DNA of 53,368 nucleotides from Acidimicrobiia bacterium (GCA_041619515.1 JBFKDW010000002.1:1-53368); one strand, 5' to 3'. Shown: positions 1 through 10,135, counted from the stretch's first letter. Translations and numbers: made by a program. The notes: generated by a model from the sequence alone, not told the origin.

Positions 1-109
1 CGAGCACCACCCACCGCTCATGCGCGCGGACCTCCCAGTCGACGGCGTTGAGGAGATGGCGCCCATCGCGGATGACCGACACACCCTGGAGATGGATGAC
101 CTCGTTCAT
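1..109 (-). CDS. ABC transporter ATP-binding protein, N-terminal fragment (runs off the window edge)
   Basis: Manual translation MNEVIHLQGVSVIRDGRHLLNAVDWEVRAHERWVVL(G) is the segment that precedes an ABC Walker A. An alternative in-frame ATG lies at 151. Not in the ORF track. Confidence 0.7.
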   Translation of the reverse strand, partial: MNEVIHLQGVSVIRDGRHLLNAVDWEVRAHERWVVL

Positions 110-201
110 GCCGGCCTCCCGCACGATTCGCCCGGACCGTGTGACACCCATCCCTTCCTATCGGAACGGCCACGCAGGGGGCGGGGATCGTCGGCCGGCA
201 T

Positions 202-498
202 CTACGCTTGGACGTCGATCGGTTCGAGCACGACGACATCGATGGGCCCGGCCAGCATCCCCGGTACCGTCCGGCGATATTGGCGGTAGTGGGCGGAACC
301 GCGGTGCGCCTTCAGCGCGTCGGAGTCCGCGTACACCTCGAACAGGTGGTACCGGGCCGCCGGTTCTGATTCGTACAGGTCGTAGCGCAGGCAGCCGGGT
401 TCGGTTCGGCTTGACCGAACCATCGTGCCCATGGCATCCAGAAACTCTCCGGAACGCTCCGGGAGCGGCCGGAAACTCGCAAACACCGAGACGGCCAC
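202..498 (-). CDS. ABM-domain protein (putative quinol monooxygenase, YgiN/LsrG-like)
   Basis: SRTEPGCLRYDL...FEVYAD..AL.AH..S.HY motif; GTG start at 498 after AAGGA. Confidence 0.85.
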   Translation of the reverse strand: MAVSVFASFRPLPERSGEFLDAMGTMVRSSRTEPGCLRYDLYESEPAARYHLFEVYADSDALKAHRGSAHYRQYRRTVPGMLAGPIDVVVLEPIDVQA

Positions 499-643
499 GA
501 CATTCCTTTCCCGACCGGTGACTGCTGATCCTAAAGGACGGGGCTTGGGCTCCGGTGGCGCCCGACTTGACGATAGGCGCCGTGGCAATCGCGCCAGGCC
601 ACCCAGCCGTCGTGCGCGGTAGCGTGTGATCGGAGGTACCTTC

Positions 644-1120
644 ATGCGCATGTTCCAGCGAGTCCTCGTCGCTCTCGATCAGGAAGACCGCGCCGAGGCG
701 CCGCTTCGGTTCGCATACGAACTAGCGCAGAATCTGCAGGCAGAGCTGATCGTTTTCCACGCCATCTCCTGGAAAGAGCTCGAGGATCGGGAGGAGCTGC
801 CGCCTCCCCGAAACTACGTCGACGTCATCCTGGAAGACTCGGAGCGGGATCTGGCCGCGCTGGCAGAATCTCTGGAGGGGCACGGGGAAGCTCCGGCGGT
901 GCGAGCCTTGGCCCGGTCGGGCGATGCCGCCGAAGAGATCCTGCGCCTGGCGGCCGAGGAGGACTGCGACCTCATCGTGATCGGCCTCCGCCGCCGCTCC
1001 AAAGTCGGCAAGTTCTTGCTCGGAAGCAACCTCCAGGACATCCTCATGACAACCGAGCGGCCGGTCATCGCCGTCCCGATCGAGGGCGAGGACGGCGGGG
1101 CGGCCCCCGCCGCCGTCTAA
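644..1120 (+). CDS. Universal stress protein (UspA family)
   Basis: RVLVALD, GDAAEEIL..A....DLIVIG, FLLGS, RPVIAVP; GGAGG upstream. Confidence 0.9.
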   Translation: MRMFQRVLVALDQEDRAEAPLRFAYELAQNLQAELIVFHAISWKELEDREELPPPRNYVDVILEDSERDLAALAESLEGHGEAPAVRALARSGDAAEEILRLAAEEDCDLIVIGLRRRSKVGKFLLGSNLQDILMTTERPVIAVPIEGEDGGAAPAAV

Positions 1121-1198
1121 CCGCCACCGCCGGAACTCATGTCCGTCCTGTTGGGGTGGCCCGGGTAGCCTCGTGGCTACGAGACGTCGGAGGATCGC

Positions 1199-1600
1199 GT
1201 GAAAGAGCTTCAGCACATCAATCCCGAAGGCGTGTTCGACCCGTCGGCGATCTACACGCACATCGTCATACCGCCGCCGGGCCGGACCGTCTTCCTGGCC
1301 GGCCAGTGGGGCGGTGACAGAGAAGGGGTCCTCGTCGGCGGTGGCTTCAGCGCCCAGGTCGAACAGGCTCTGGCGAACGTCCAGGCGCTCCTTGCCGAGA
1401 TCGGAATCGGACCGGCGCAGGTCGCCAAACTGACGCACTACGTCGTGGGTCTGGATGGAGACAGGCGAGCCGCTCTTCACCGGCAGGTCGGCACCATCTG
1501 GCCGGGTGACCGGCCGGCGTCAACCCTCCTCGGAGTCAGTGCGCTGGCACGCCCCGACATGCTGTACGAGGTGGACGTACAGGCCGTCATCCCCGACTAG
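1199..1600 (+). CDS. RidA/YjgF family protein
   Basis: VFLAGQ, QVEQALAN, PASTLLGVSALARPDMLYEVD; GGAGG before GTG. Confidence 0.9.
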   Translation: MKELQHINPEGVFDPSAIYTHIVIPPPGRTVFLAGQWGGDREGVLVGGGFSAQVEQALANVQALLAEIGIGPAQVAKLTHYVVGLDGDRRAALHRQVGTIWPGDRPASTLLGVSALARPDMLYEVDVQAVIPD

Positions 1601-1611
1601 GGCAGGGTGTC

Positions 1612-2580
1612 TCAGGGCAGCAGCAGCACCTTGCCGGTGGTTGCCCGACCTTCGAGGGCGTCGTGGGCGGCCGCCGCGTCTCCGAGCGGGTAGGTCGCTC
1701 CGATCCGCACGCTCAGGTCTCCCTCGATGACCCACCGGAACAGCTCACCACAGCGCCGTTCGAGCTCTTCCCGGGTGGCGATGTAGCTGCCGAGGGTGGG
1801 GCGGGTCACGTACAGCGAGCCGCCCCGGGCGAGCCGGCCGAGGTCGAAGGGAGGCACCGGGCCGCTCGACTGCCCGAACAGGGCCAGCAACCCCCGCGGC
1901 CGCAGCAGCTCGAGACTGCGATCGAAGGTGTCGGCTCCGACTGAGTCGTATACGACGTCGAGGCGGTGCTCCCCCACCCGGGCGCGCACCTCCTCGGCGA
2001 AGTCCGATTCTGTATAGATGATGACGTGGTCGGCTCCCGCCGCCGATGCCAGCTCGGCTTTGGCGGCGGTTCCGACGGTTGTGACGACGGTTGCCCCGAT
2101 CCGTTTGGCGACCTGGATCAGCAACAGGCCGACTCCTCCGGCGCCGGCGTGAACGAGGCAGGTGGAGCCGGGCTCGAGCGGGTAGGTGTCGAACGCCAGA
2201 TAGTGGGCGGTCAGGCCCTGCAGCATGATGGCGGCGGCGGTGGCGGTCTCGAGAGCATCGGGCACGGCCACCAGCCGATCCACCGGCACGACGATCTGCT
2301 CGGCATAGGCACCGAGGATGCTCGTGAACGCCACTCGATCCCCGACGGCACGCCCAGTCGTGTCCGGGCCGAGACCCACCACGCGCCCGGCGCCTTCCTG
2401 GCCGAGCACGAACGGGAGGGGGATCGGATAGAGGCCGGCGCGCTGGTACACGTCGATGAAGTTGACGCCGCACGCCTCCAGCTGCACGAGGGCTTCCCCC
2501 GAACCGGGTTCGGGATCGGGCACCTCCGTCAACTCGAACACCTCGCTGGATCCGGTTCTGGCCACCCGTATCGCACGCAT
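1612..2580 (-). CDS. qor: NADPH:quinone oxidoreductase (zeta-crystallin/MDR family)
   Basis: GVNFIDVYQRAGLY, LGQEGAG, HAGAGGVG, VYDSVG, TTGKVLL. Confidence 0.92.
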   Translation of the reverse strand: MRAIRVARTGSSEVFELTEVPDPEPGSGEALVQLEACGVNFIDVYQRAGLYPIPLPFVLGQEGAGRVVGLGPDTTGRAVGDRVAFTSILGAYAEQIVVPVDRLVAVPDALETATAAAIMLQGLTAHYLAFDTYPLEPGSTCLVHAGAGGVGLLLIQVAKRIGATVVTTVGTAAKAELASAAGADHVIIYTESDFAEEVRARVGEHRLDVVYDSVGADTFDRSLELLRPRGLLALFGQSSGPVPPFDLGRLARGGSLYVTRPTLGSYIATREELERRCGELFRWVIEGDLSVRIGATYPLGDAAAAHDALEGRATTGKVLLLP

Positions 2581-2647
2581 GGATCATCCTCCTCGGCTCG
2601 AGCCTACCGGCCGGAGTCCGCCCCAGCGGCCCGGCTAACCTCATGCC

Positions 2648-3022
2648 ATGAGCTCTGAGATCCTCCAGGAGGGCACCTTCGACCCGGCCGAGTTCGCCGT
2701 TGAGCTCGCCGCCGCCCCCACCAACCTGGCCGTCGGCACCACCCTGTGGTTCGAGAACCATCGCCTCAAAGTGTGGGAGGTCAGTCTGCAACCGGGTGAG
2801 CGGGGACCATTCCACGCTCATACCCGCAACTACTTCTGGACGGTCGTCGAAGGCGGCCGGGGGCTGCAGCGACTGAGCGACGGAACGACGTGGGTTCGGG
2901 ACTATCAGGTCGGAGACACGAGCTACCTGGAGCACACGCCGGAGACCGCCCTCATCCATGACCTGGAGAACGTCGGCGACACCGTTCTCCGGTTCGTGAC
3001 CGTTGAGTTGCTCGACGACTGA
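2648..3022 (+). CDS. Cupin-domain protein
   Basis: FEN.R.KVWEV.L.PGE...FHAH and HDLENVGDT.LRF..VEL; TAACCT 6 nt before ATG (possibly leaderless). Confidence 0.85.
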   Translation: MSSEILQEGTFDPAEFAVELAAAPTNLAVGTTLWFENHRLKVWEVSLQPGERGPFHAHTRNYFWTVVEGGRGLQRLSDGTTWVRDYQVGDTSYLEHTPETALIHDLENVGDTVLRFVTVELLDD

Positions 3023-3025
3023 AGC

Positions 3026-4207
3026 GTGGCTGCACCGCAGCGGATTGCCATCGCCGGAGGCTCGATCGGTGGTCTGACGGCGGGAGTTCTCCTCCACGAG
3101 CTCGGGCTCGACGTCCACATCTACGAACGCTCGTCGTCGGCCCTCGAGGCTCGTGGCGCCGGCATCGTCGTGCTGCCGATGACCGAGCGCTACTTCGTCG
3201 AGCGCGGCGGTGAAGACAACCGGGTGAGCCTCGAACTCACCTGGTGGACCTACGTCGATGCGACCGGCCGCCAACTGAGTGCCGACCCCGACCATTTCCG
3301 CTTCAGCTCATGGAACACGGTCTACCGGTCGCTCCTCGACGCCTTCCCGGCCGATCGCTATCACCTCGGACATGAGGTTACGCGATTCGACCAGACCGAG
3401 TCGGCCGTCACCATCGGGTTCGCCGACGGGACGGTGACGGATGCCGATCTGCTCGTATGTGCCGACGGCGTTGCCTCCACGGCCCGGCATATTCTGGCGC
3501 CCGAAGCCGAACCGGTCTACGCCGGGTACGTTGCATGGCGCGGGACCGCCGCCGAATCCGACCTGCCGTCGGCCGCCGTCGACGACCTCGCCGACTCCAT
3601 GCTGTACCAGGTGCTGCGGCCCGGTCACATCCTCGCCTATGCGATACCGGGTGACGATGGCTCGACCGAGCCGGGCGCTCGCCTCCAGAACTTCGTGTGG
3701 TACAGGAACTATGCCGAGGGCGGCCCCTTCGAAGACCTCATGACCGACCGCCACGGTGAGCAGCGGGCGCTATCGGTCCCGCCCGATTTCGTCCGAGGCG
3801 AGCACCTGGCCGAGTTGCGGGCGGCCGCCGGCGCACTCGCCCCTACCCTGCGCCGGGTCTTGCTGGCGAGCCCACAGCCGTTCGTGCAGGCAATCTTCGA
3901 TCTGGAGGTACCCCGCATGGTGTTCGGTCGTGTGGTCCTCATAGGCGATGCTGCGTTCTCGGCCCGGCCGCACGTGGCGGCCGGAACCGCCAAGGCTGCG
4001 GCCGACGCTTGGGCCTTGCGGGATGCGCTCCGCGACGGCTCCGCCGACCTCGATTCGGCACTCCGAGCATGGGAGCGGGGCCAGCTCGCCCTCGGGGCAA
4101 GCGTCGTCGAGCGCTCGCGGCGGATGGGCTTGCGCTCGCAATTCGAGGACGCCATGGAGCCGGGTGATCCCACCTGGAAATTCGGGCTGTTCGAAGCCGG
4201 TAACTAG
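3026..4207 (+). CDS. FAD-dependent monooxygenase, 2,6-dihydroxypyridine 3-hydroxylase (DhpH)-like family
   Basis: GGSIGGL, ADG, YAGYVAWRG, NFVWYRN, LIGDAAF.ARPHVAAGTAKAA. Confidence 0.85.
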   Translation: MAAPQRIAIAGGSIGGLTAGVLLHELGLDVHIYERSSSALEARGAGIVVLPMTERYFVERGGEDNRVSLELTWWTYVDATGRQLSADPDHFRFSSWNTVYRSLLDAFPADRYHLGHEVTRFDQTESAVTIGFADGTVTDADLLVCADGVASTARHILAPEAEPVYAGYVAWRGTAAESDLPSAAVDDLADSMLYQVLRPGHILAYAIPGDDGSTEPGARLQNFVWYRNYAEGGPFEDLMTDRHGEQRALSVPPDFVRGEHLAELRAAAGALAPTLRRVLLASPQPFVQAIFDLEVPRMVFGRVVLIGDAAFSARPHVAAGTAKAAADAWALRDALRDGSADLDSALRAWERGQLALGASVVERSRRMGLRSQFEDAMEPGDPTWKFGLFEAGN

Positions 4208-4244
4208 GAAATAGAATACGGATCCGCCGATCCGGGAGAGGGCA

Positions 4245-5744
4245 ATGTCTGGACTACTCGAACGAGGGCTGCTGATCGGCGGTGCCGAGATCGCGGCGAT
4301 TGATGGGGCAACCCTCGACGTCATCAACCCGACCACCGGCGACGTCTTCGGCCGGGTTGCGATCGCCGGGGAGGCCGACATCGACCGGGCAGTGGCGGCG
4401 GGACGCGATGCGTTCGAGGCCGGGACGTGGTCGGAGATGCCGATCGCCGAACGGTCGGGCATCCTTCACCGCTATGCCGACCTCATCGACGGCCACCTGG
4501 AGGAGCTCTTCCGGCTGGAGACCCGGAACAACGGGCGACCGATCGCCGAAACGCGCGCCCAGGTAACCCGGCTCTCCGGCTGGTACCGATACAACGCCTC
4601 GCTGCTGCTGGCCGATCGCACCAGCGTCGTGCCGATGCCCGGCCCCTACCACTCGTACACGAGCCGCTTCCCGATCGGTGTGGTCGGGATCCTCAGCTCG
4701 TTCAACCATCCACTCATGATCAGCTCCAAGAGCCTGGCCCCGGCGCTCGCCACGGGTAACAGTGTCGTGCTCAAGCCCTCCGAGCTCACCCCGTTCACCT
4801 GCCTCATCCTCGGGGATCTGGCGGCAGAAGCCGGGATCCCCCCGGGGGTTCTCAATGTCGTTCCCGGGCTCGGCCCGGTTGCCGGCAAGCGCCTCTCCGA
4901 GCACCCCGATATCGCCAAGATCGTCTTCACCGGCGGGACGGCGCCCGGACGGTCGGTGTCGGTGGCGGCCGCCTCCCGATTCGCCAAGGCCACGCTCGAG
5001 CTCGGCGGCAAGACGCCGGTGGTCGTGTTCGACGATCAGGACATCGACGTCTCGACGCGCGGCGTCGCCTTCGGCGCCTTCATCGGCGCCGGCCAGACCT
5101 GCATTTGCGGAAGCCGCATCCTGGTTCAAGAGACCATCTACGACGAGTTCGTCGACGGGCTCGTCAACCAGGCCTCCAAGATCCGCCTGGGGGATCCGGC
5201 GCTGCCGGAAACCCAGCTCGGACCGGTGGTGAGCGAGAAGGCCCGCCGGCGGATCCTCGACTACATCGCGTTGGGGGTGGAAGAGGGAGCGACCATCGCG
5301 TGCGGCGGCGGGGTTCCCTCCGATCCTGCGCTCGGCCCGGGGTTCTTTGTCGAGCCGACGGTCCTGCGGGGTGTGCGCAATTCGATGCGATGCGCCCGGG
5401 AGGAGATCTTCGGTCCGGTGGCCGTCGTCATCCCGTTCAGGGACGAAGCCGATGCGATAGCCCAGGCCAACGACTCGTCCTTTGGGCTCGGATCGTCGAT
5501 CTGGACCAAAGACGTGGCCAGGGCCCACCGGGTCGCCGGACGCCTGACCCATGGGATCGTCTGGGTCAACGACCACCATCGTCTCGATCCCTCCTCTCCG
5601 TGGGGCGGGGTGCGCGACAGCGGGATCGGCCGGGAGGGAGGATGGGAATCCTTCCACGACTTCACCCATGTGAAAGCCGTCACCATTCGCATCGCCGAAG
5701 AACCGATCGACTGGTACGGCGGCGACAACTTGAGGCTCAACTAA
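4245..5744 (+). CDS. Aldehyde dehydrogenase
   Basis: KPSE, FTGG, LELGGK, GQTCICGSR, EEIFGPV. Confidence 0.95.
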   Translation: MSGLLERGLLIGGAEIAAIDGATLDVINPTTGDVFGRVAIAGEADIDRAVAAGRDAFEAGTWSEMPIAERSGILHRYADLIDGHLEELFRLETRNNGRPIAETRAQVTRLSGWYRYNASLLLADRTSVVPMPGPYHSYTSRFPIGVVGILSSFNHPLMISSKSLAPALATGNSVVLKPSELTPFTCLILGDLAAEAGIPPGVLNVVPGLGPVAGKRLSEHPDIAKIVFTGGTAPGRSVSVAAASRFAKATLELGGKTPVVVFDDQDIDVSTRGVAFGAFIGAGQTCICGSRILVQETIYDEFVDGLVNQASKIRLGDPALPETQLGPVVSEKARRRILDYIALGVEEGATIACGGGVPSDPALGPGFFVEPTVLRGVRNSMRCAREEIFGPVAVVIPFRDEADAIAQANDSSFGLGSSIWTKDVARAHRVAGRLTHGIVWVNDHHRLDPSSPWGGVRDSGIGREGGWESFHDFTHVKAVTIRIAEEPIDWYGGDNLRLN

Positions 5745-5747
5745 CAG

Positions 5748-6542
5748 ATGGGTGACCGGCGGATCCTGTCGGTCGACACCGTCGCCGTCCAGGTGGAATC
5801 GGAGGGGTCCGGGCCTCCGTTCGTACTCATCCACTCTCTGCTCACCGGCCCGGAGGCGTTCGCCACCATTGCCCTGCCGCTGGCCGGCCGCTACACGGTG
5901 CATCGCGTCTCGCTCCCCGGATTCGGGGAGTCGGAACCACTGTCCGACCCGTCGATCGAGGATATCGCAGCCCACGTGGCCGCTACGCTCGAGGAGCTCG
6001 AGTGCGGGCCCGACACCACCGTCCTCGGCAACGGCCTCGGCGGCTTCGTGGCCGCCGCCCTCGCTGTCGGCCACGGGGACGGGTTCGACCGCCTCATCCT
6101 CTCCAACTCGGGAGCCGCTTTCTCAACGGAACGGGCCACTGCCTTCGGCCACATGAGCCGCCTGGTTGAGGAGGGCGGGATGGGAGCGGTCGTCGATGTC
6201 GCGGTTCGGCGCATCTTCCCCGAGCCGTACCTGAAAGCCAACCCATCGGTGATCGCGCAACGGCGACGGGTGCTCGAAGCCGTCGACCCGCAGGCCTTTG
6301 CCGCCGCCTGCCGGGCTCTCGCCGACTTGGATCTGCGGCCGCAGTTGGGCGCAATCGCCAACCAGACGCTCGTGGTAGCGGGAGCCGAGGATGCCACCAC
6401 GCCGCCGGAAATGGCGCAGGAACTGGCCGCCGGAATCGCCGCCGCCCGGCTGGAGATCATTCCCGAATGTGGTCACTGCCCGCAGTTGCAGAGCCCCGAC
6501 GCCCTGCTCGGCGCCCTCGATTCGTTCATGCCCCCTCAGTAG
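5748..6542 (+). CDS. Alpha/beta hydrolase fold protein (PcaD-like) lacking the nucleophile Ser
   Basis: LPGFGES, elbow GNGLGG, GAEDATTPP, CGHCPQ. Confidence 0.85.
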   Translation: MGDRRILSVDTVAVQVESEGSGPPFVLIHSLLTGPEAFATIALPLAGRYTVHRVSLPGFGESEPLSDPSIEDIAAHVAATLEELECGPDTTVLGNGLGGFVAAALAVGHGDGFDRLILSNSGAAFSTERATAFGHMSRLVEEGGMGAVVDVAVRRIFPEPYLKANPSVIAQRRRVLEAVDPQAFAAACRALADLDLRPQLGAIANQTLVVAGAEDATTPPEMAQELAAGIAAARLEIIPECGHCPQLQSPDALLGALDSFMPPQ

Positions 6543-7494
6543 GGGCGTCGGCGAGAACACTGGCGGCCACCCCGAGCAGGACCAGGGCCAGCCCGGCAAC
6601 GATGGAAAAGGTGAGGGGCTCATCGACGAGGACCGACGAGGAGAGCAAGCCGATGACCGGCACCCCCATGAGGCCGATGTTGGTGCTGATGGCCGGGAGG
6701 CTCCGTAGCACGGTGAGCTGACCCCACAGGGCGAACCCGGTCGCCGCCGTCCCCTGGTAGATGACGATGGCAACGAGTTGAGCCGTCCAGTCGATGCGGG
6801 GAATTCCCTCTGCGATGAGCGCGACGACGACCATCGGAATCGTGGCGACCAGGAGCTGCCACGGCAACAGGGCAAGAGGAGATGCGACCCACCGGTGGCG
6901 GCGAACGTGGACGCTCACCGAGGAGTTGAGGATGGCGGCTCCCAGCAGCATCACATGGCCGAGGATCACCCGGGTGTCGCCCCAGTCGAGCCGGGTGGGA
7001 TCGAACACCAGGACGATGCCGGCGATGCCGACGGTGAGACCCAACCAGCGCAGAGGATTCATCCGCTCGCCACCGAAGGCCACCGCTATGGGGACCGTCC
7101 ACAGGGCGGCGGTCCACGTGAGGATGGACGACCTCCCGGGCGGAACGATCGTGAGTGCGGTGAACACGAGAATGAACACGAGGGAAAGGCGGAAGACGGC
7201 GACCGAGACGATCATCGGATAGTCCTCCCGGGGCGGCCGGGTGAGCCGCCCGGTCAGGGCTGCGAACGTGAACACGGTGGCGGCGCCTCCGAGCAGCCGG
7301 AACGCCACCATCCATACCGGGTCGATCGACTTGACCCCGGTGGCAAGAAACGGCCAGTTGATGCCGAGAGCGAACACGACGCCGAACAGGAGTGGATAAA
7401 CGGCGGCTCGCCGCAGCTTCGGGGCCGCCCCGGCGGTCCCGGAATCATCCCAGAGATGGCCCCGCAGACGTTGTTGTCTCGGGGTCAGCGCCAT
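6526..7494 (-). CDS. EamA/DMT family transporter
   Basis: About 10 hydrophobic segments, GINWP, duplicated EamA pattern, E-P/R motifs. Confidence 0.88.
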   Translation of the reverse strand: MALTPRQQRLRGHLWDDSGTAGAAPKLRRAAVYPLLFGVVFALGINWPFLATGVKSIDPVWMVAFRLLGGAATVFTFAALTGRLTRPPREDYPMIVSVAVFRLSLVFILVFTALTIVPPGRSSILTWTAALWTVPIAVAFGGERMNPLRWLGLTVGIAGIVLVFDPTRLDWGDTRVILGHVMLLGAAILNSSVSVHVRRHRWVASPLALLPWQLLVATIPMVVVALIAEGIPRIDWTAQLVAIVIYQGTAATGFALWGQLTVLRSLPAISTNIGLMGVPVIGLLSSSVLVDEPLTFSIVAGLALVLLGVAASVLADAPTEGA

Positions 7495-7592
7495 GGCGGC
7501 GCCCCTGTGGTCCCGCAGTCGGTGCCGGCGGCCGCATGGATCGAAAGCCGAAGGCAGCTTGAATGGAGCCGAGGCTGCAGCCGGGAGGAATC

Positions 7593-8474
7593 GTGGAGCA
7601 CATCGGAATCGTCGGAATCGGCATCATGGGGACCGCATACGCACGGAACCTCCTTGCCGCCGGGTTCCCGGTGTCGGGGTGGGATCTCGATGCATCGCGT
7701 CGGGCGGCGCTCGGCAGCCTGGGTGGAACGCCGCTCGAGTCTGTGGCCGAGGTCGCCGCCTCCGCCGCAGTCGTCATCACCGCCCTCCCGAGCACCGATG
7801 CCCTGGTGGAAACCGTGGAAGGGGCGGACGGCCTGGGAGCCGGGGCCCACCGCGGCCTGATCGTTTCCGAGATGAGCACGTTCCCGCTGGCTGCCAAACA
7901 CCGGGCCCGGGATCACCTCGAACCGCTGGGCGTGTCGGTGATCGACGCGCCCGTGAGTGGCACCGGCCTGCAGGCGGAGGCTGCCGAGATCGCCATCTAC
8001 GCCAGCGGGGATGCCGATGCGCTCGCACGCGTGCGCCCGATATTCGATGTGCTCGCCAAAGCGACGTTCGACCTCGGCGAGTTCGGGAACGGGTCGAAGA
8101 TGAAGTACGTCGCCAACCTCCTCGTATCCGTGCACAATCTGGCGACCGCCGAGGCGTTCGTACTGGGCATGAAAGGCGGTCTCGAGCCCCCCCAGATCCT
8201 CGAAGTCATCTCGGCGGGCGTCGGCAGCTCCCGTATCTTCGAGATCCGCGGACCGATGATGGTGGAGGACGACTATCCGCCGGCGGCCAAGTTGAAGATG
8301 TTCATCAAAGACATCTCCGTGATCGGAGATTTCGGCCGGGAGCTCGGGGCCCTGACACCGCTGCTGGATACGAGCCTGACCTTCTACGAAGAGGCCGTCG
8401 AGGGAGGGCTGGGTGAACTCGACGCAGCGGCACTGTGCCGGCTCCTCGAGAGCAAATCCGGCTACGTCCGCTGA
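7593..8474 (+). CDS. NAD(P)-dependent beta-hydroxyacid dehydrogenase (3-hydroxyisobutyrate dehydrogenase family)
   Basis: GIVGIGIMG, DAPVSG, GSKMKYVAN, FIKD; GTG after GGAGG. Confidence 0.9.
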   Translation: MEHIGIVGIGIMGTAYARNLLAAGFPVSGWDLDASRRAALGSLGGTPLESVAEVAASAAVVITALPSTDALVETVEGADGLGAGAHRGLIVSEMSTFPLAAKHRARDHLEPLGVSVIDAPVSGTGLQAEAAEIAIYASGDADALARVRPIFDVLAKATFDLGEFGNGSKMKYVANLLVSVHNLATAEAFVLGMKGGLEPPQILEVISAGVGSSRIFEIRGPMMVEDDYPPAAKLKMFIKDISVIGDFGRELGALTPLLDTSLTFYEEAVEGGLGELDAAALCRLLESKSGYVR

Positions 8475-9232
8475 CCGCTTGCGGCGGCCCGCTCGGCCTC
8501 CATCGTCTCGAAGCGCCCCAGGATCTTGGCCTGATGAGTGGCGAATTCGGGATCGGAGGCCTTGCGGGGAAACGGCAGATCGACGCTTGTGTCATCGAAG
8601 ACGGTTCCACCGTGGGCGAGGGTGATGATGCGGTTGGAGAGCTGGACCGCCTCCATGACATCGTGGGTGACGAAGAGAACGGTCTTCTTGGTCTCGTTCC
8701 AGATGGCCTGGAGCTGCTCTCGCAGCGACCGGGCGGTGATGGCATCGAGGTGGCTGAACGGTTCATCCATGAGCAACAGGTCGGGGCTGACCGAAAACGC
8801 CCGGGCGATGCCGACCCGTTGTTGCATGCCACCCGAGAGCTGGCCCGGGAACATCTCTCCGGCGTCCTCGAGTCCCACCATCTCGAGATAGCGCATTGCG
8901 TTCGCCCGAGCCTCTTCCTCGGGGAGATCCGAGACGTAGAGCATGTTCTGCATGACGGTGCGCCACGGCAGCAGGCGGGGGTCCTGGAAGACGTATCCGA
9001 GCCGGGCCTTCTTTCCGTCCTGGGTAACGGCAACGGTCCCCGTGCTCGGCGTGTCGACCCCCGACACGATGTTGAGCAACGTGCTCTTGCCGCATCCGGA
9101 GGGACCAACGAGTGACACGAACACCTGGCCGGACATCTCGAAGGTGATTCCCTGGATCGCTCGCACCGGCAGGCCCCCCTTGCCATGGGCAGGGAAGGTC
9201 TTGGTCAGATTGTCGACTTTCAGCGTTGCCAC
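8462..9232 (-). CDS. NitT/TauT-family ABC transporter ATP-binding protein
   Basis: GPSGCGKST, VFQDPRLLPW, LSGGMQQR, LMDEPF, VTHD. Confidence 0.95.
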   Translation of the reverse strand: MATLKVDNLTKTFPAHGKGGLPVRAIQGITFEMSGQVFVSLVGPSGCGKSTLLNIVSGVDTPSTGTVAVTQDGKKARLGYVFQDPRLLPWRTVMQNMLYVSDLPEEEARANAMRYLEMVGLEDAGEMFPGQLSGGMQQRVGIARAFSVSPDLLLMDEPFSHLDAITARSLREQLQAIWNETKKTVLFVTHDVMEAVQLSNRIITLAHGGTVFDDTSVDLPFPRKASDPEFATHQAKILGRFETMEAERAAASGQRT

Positions 9233-9247
9233 TCTTCTCCCCTGTTC

Positions 9248-10135
9248 TTAGACACCGGTCATGGTCAGCTCTTCGATCTCGGCCGCGCTCACGCCGATCT
9301 CGCCTTCCTCCGCTCGCTTGGCGCGCCAGCGGAATGCCCTCCGTTGCAACGGTCGCATGACGAAGCCGTCGAGGAGGAAGATGAAGGTGATGAAGATGAT
9401 GACCCAGCCGACGAAGCCGCGATAGCGGGCGGCGTCGTACCAGAACCGGGACCTCCACCCGACACCGTTTGAGGACCCGAACCACTCGGCCAGCAACACG
9501 GCATTCCAGCCGATGATGACTGCGAACCGGAGCCCGGTGAAGAGATAGCCGGTGATGGCCGGAAGCAGCAGGCTGCGGAGCCGCCGCATGCGGGGCACGC
9601 CGAAGGCGTCCGACATTCGATGGAGTTCGGGGGATACGGCCCGGACGCCTTGAGCAACGTTGACGGCCACGAACGGAACAGCCGACAACACCACCGTGTA
9701 GACCGGCGCCTCCCACCCGAGCCCGAACCACATGACGGTGAGGAAGGCCCAGATCACGGCCGGGAGCGCCAGGAACACCAGCATCACGTCGTGGAGCAGG
9801 GTCCGGACGAACGGGGATGAGCCGATTGCAATGCCGACGGCGACACCGATCACGAATCCGACGACCAGGCCGATCCCGAAGCGCTGCACGGTCGCGAGGA
9901 AGTGCTCCCAGAACTCGCCGGTGATACGGCCACCGTGGGAATCCCCCGTCAGCTCACGGCCGAGAAAATCCAGCGTCTCCCAGGGTTCGGGCACCCGATC
10001 CACTCGCCAAGCCAGCAGCTGCCATCCCAGGACGACTGAGATATAGAACGTGATCCGGGCCCCCCAGTCGGAGGTGATCGCCTGCCAGGCCTTCGTCCGA
10101 GTCCACCCGGGAGTGTTCGCAGTAGTGGTCGTCAT
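9248..10135 (-). CDS. NitT/TauT-family ABC permease
   Basis: TM helices, EAA-like loop, LLAEWFGSSNGVG; ATGA overlap with the upstream permease. Confidence 0.9.
   Translation of the reverse strand: MTTTTANTPGWTRTKAWQAITSDWGARITFYISVVLGWQLLAWRVDRVPEPWETLDFLGRELTGDSHGGRITGEFWEHFLATVQRFGIGLVVGFVIGVAVGIAIGSSPFVRTLLHDVMLVFLALPAVIWAFLTVMWFGLGWEAPVYTVVLSAVPFVAVNVAQGVRAVSPELHRMSDAFGVPRMRRLRSLLLPAITGYLFTGLRFAVIIGWNAVLLAEWFGSSNGVGWRSRFWYDAARYRGFVGWVIIFITFIFLLDGFVMRPLQRRAFRWRAKRAEEGEIGVSAAEIEELTMTGV

Noticed and set aside
3020..3050. The cupin TGA is in frame with the following monooxygenase (TGA AGC GTG), with CAG at +16: possible third Sec read-through
   Set aside because: No 6-bp stem or AGUU loop, and the UGA lies between two complete domains rather than at a Cys-equivalent position
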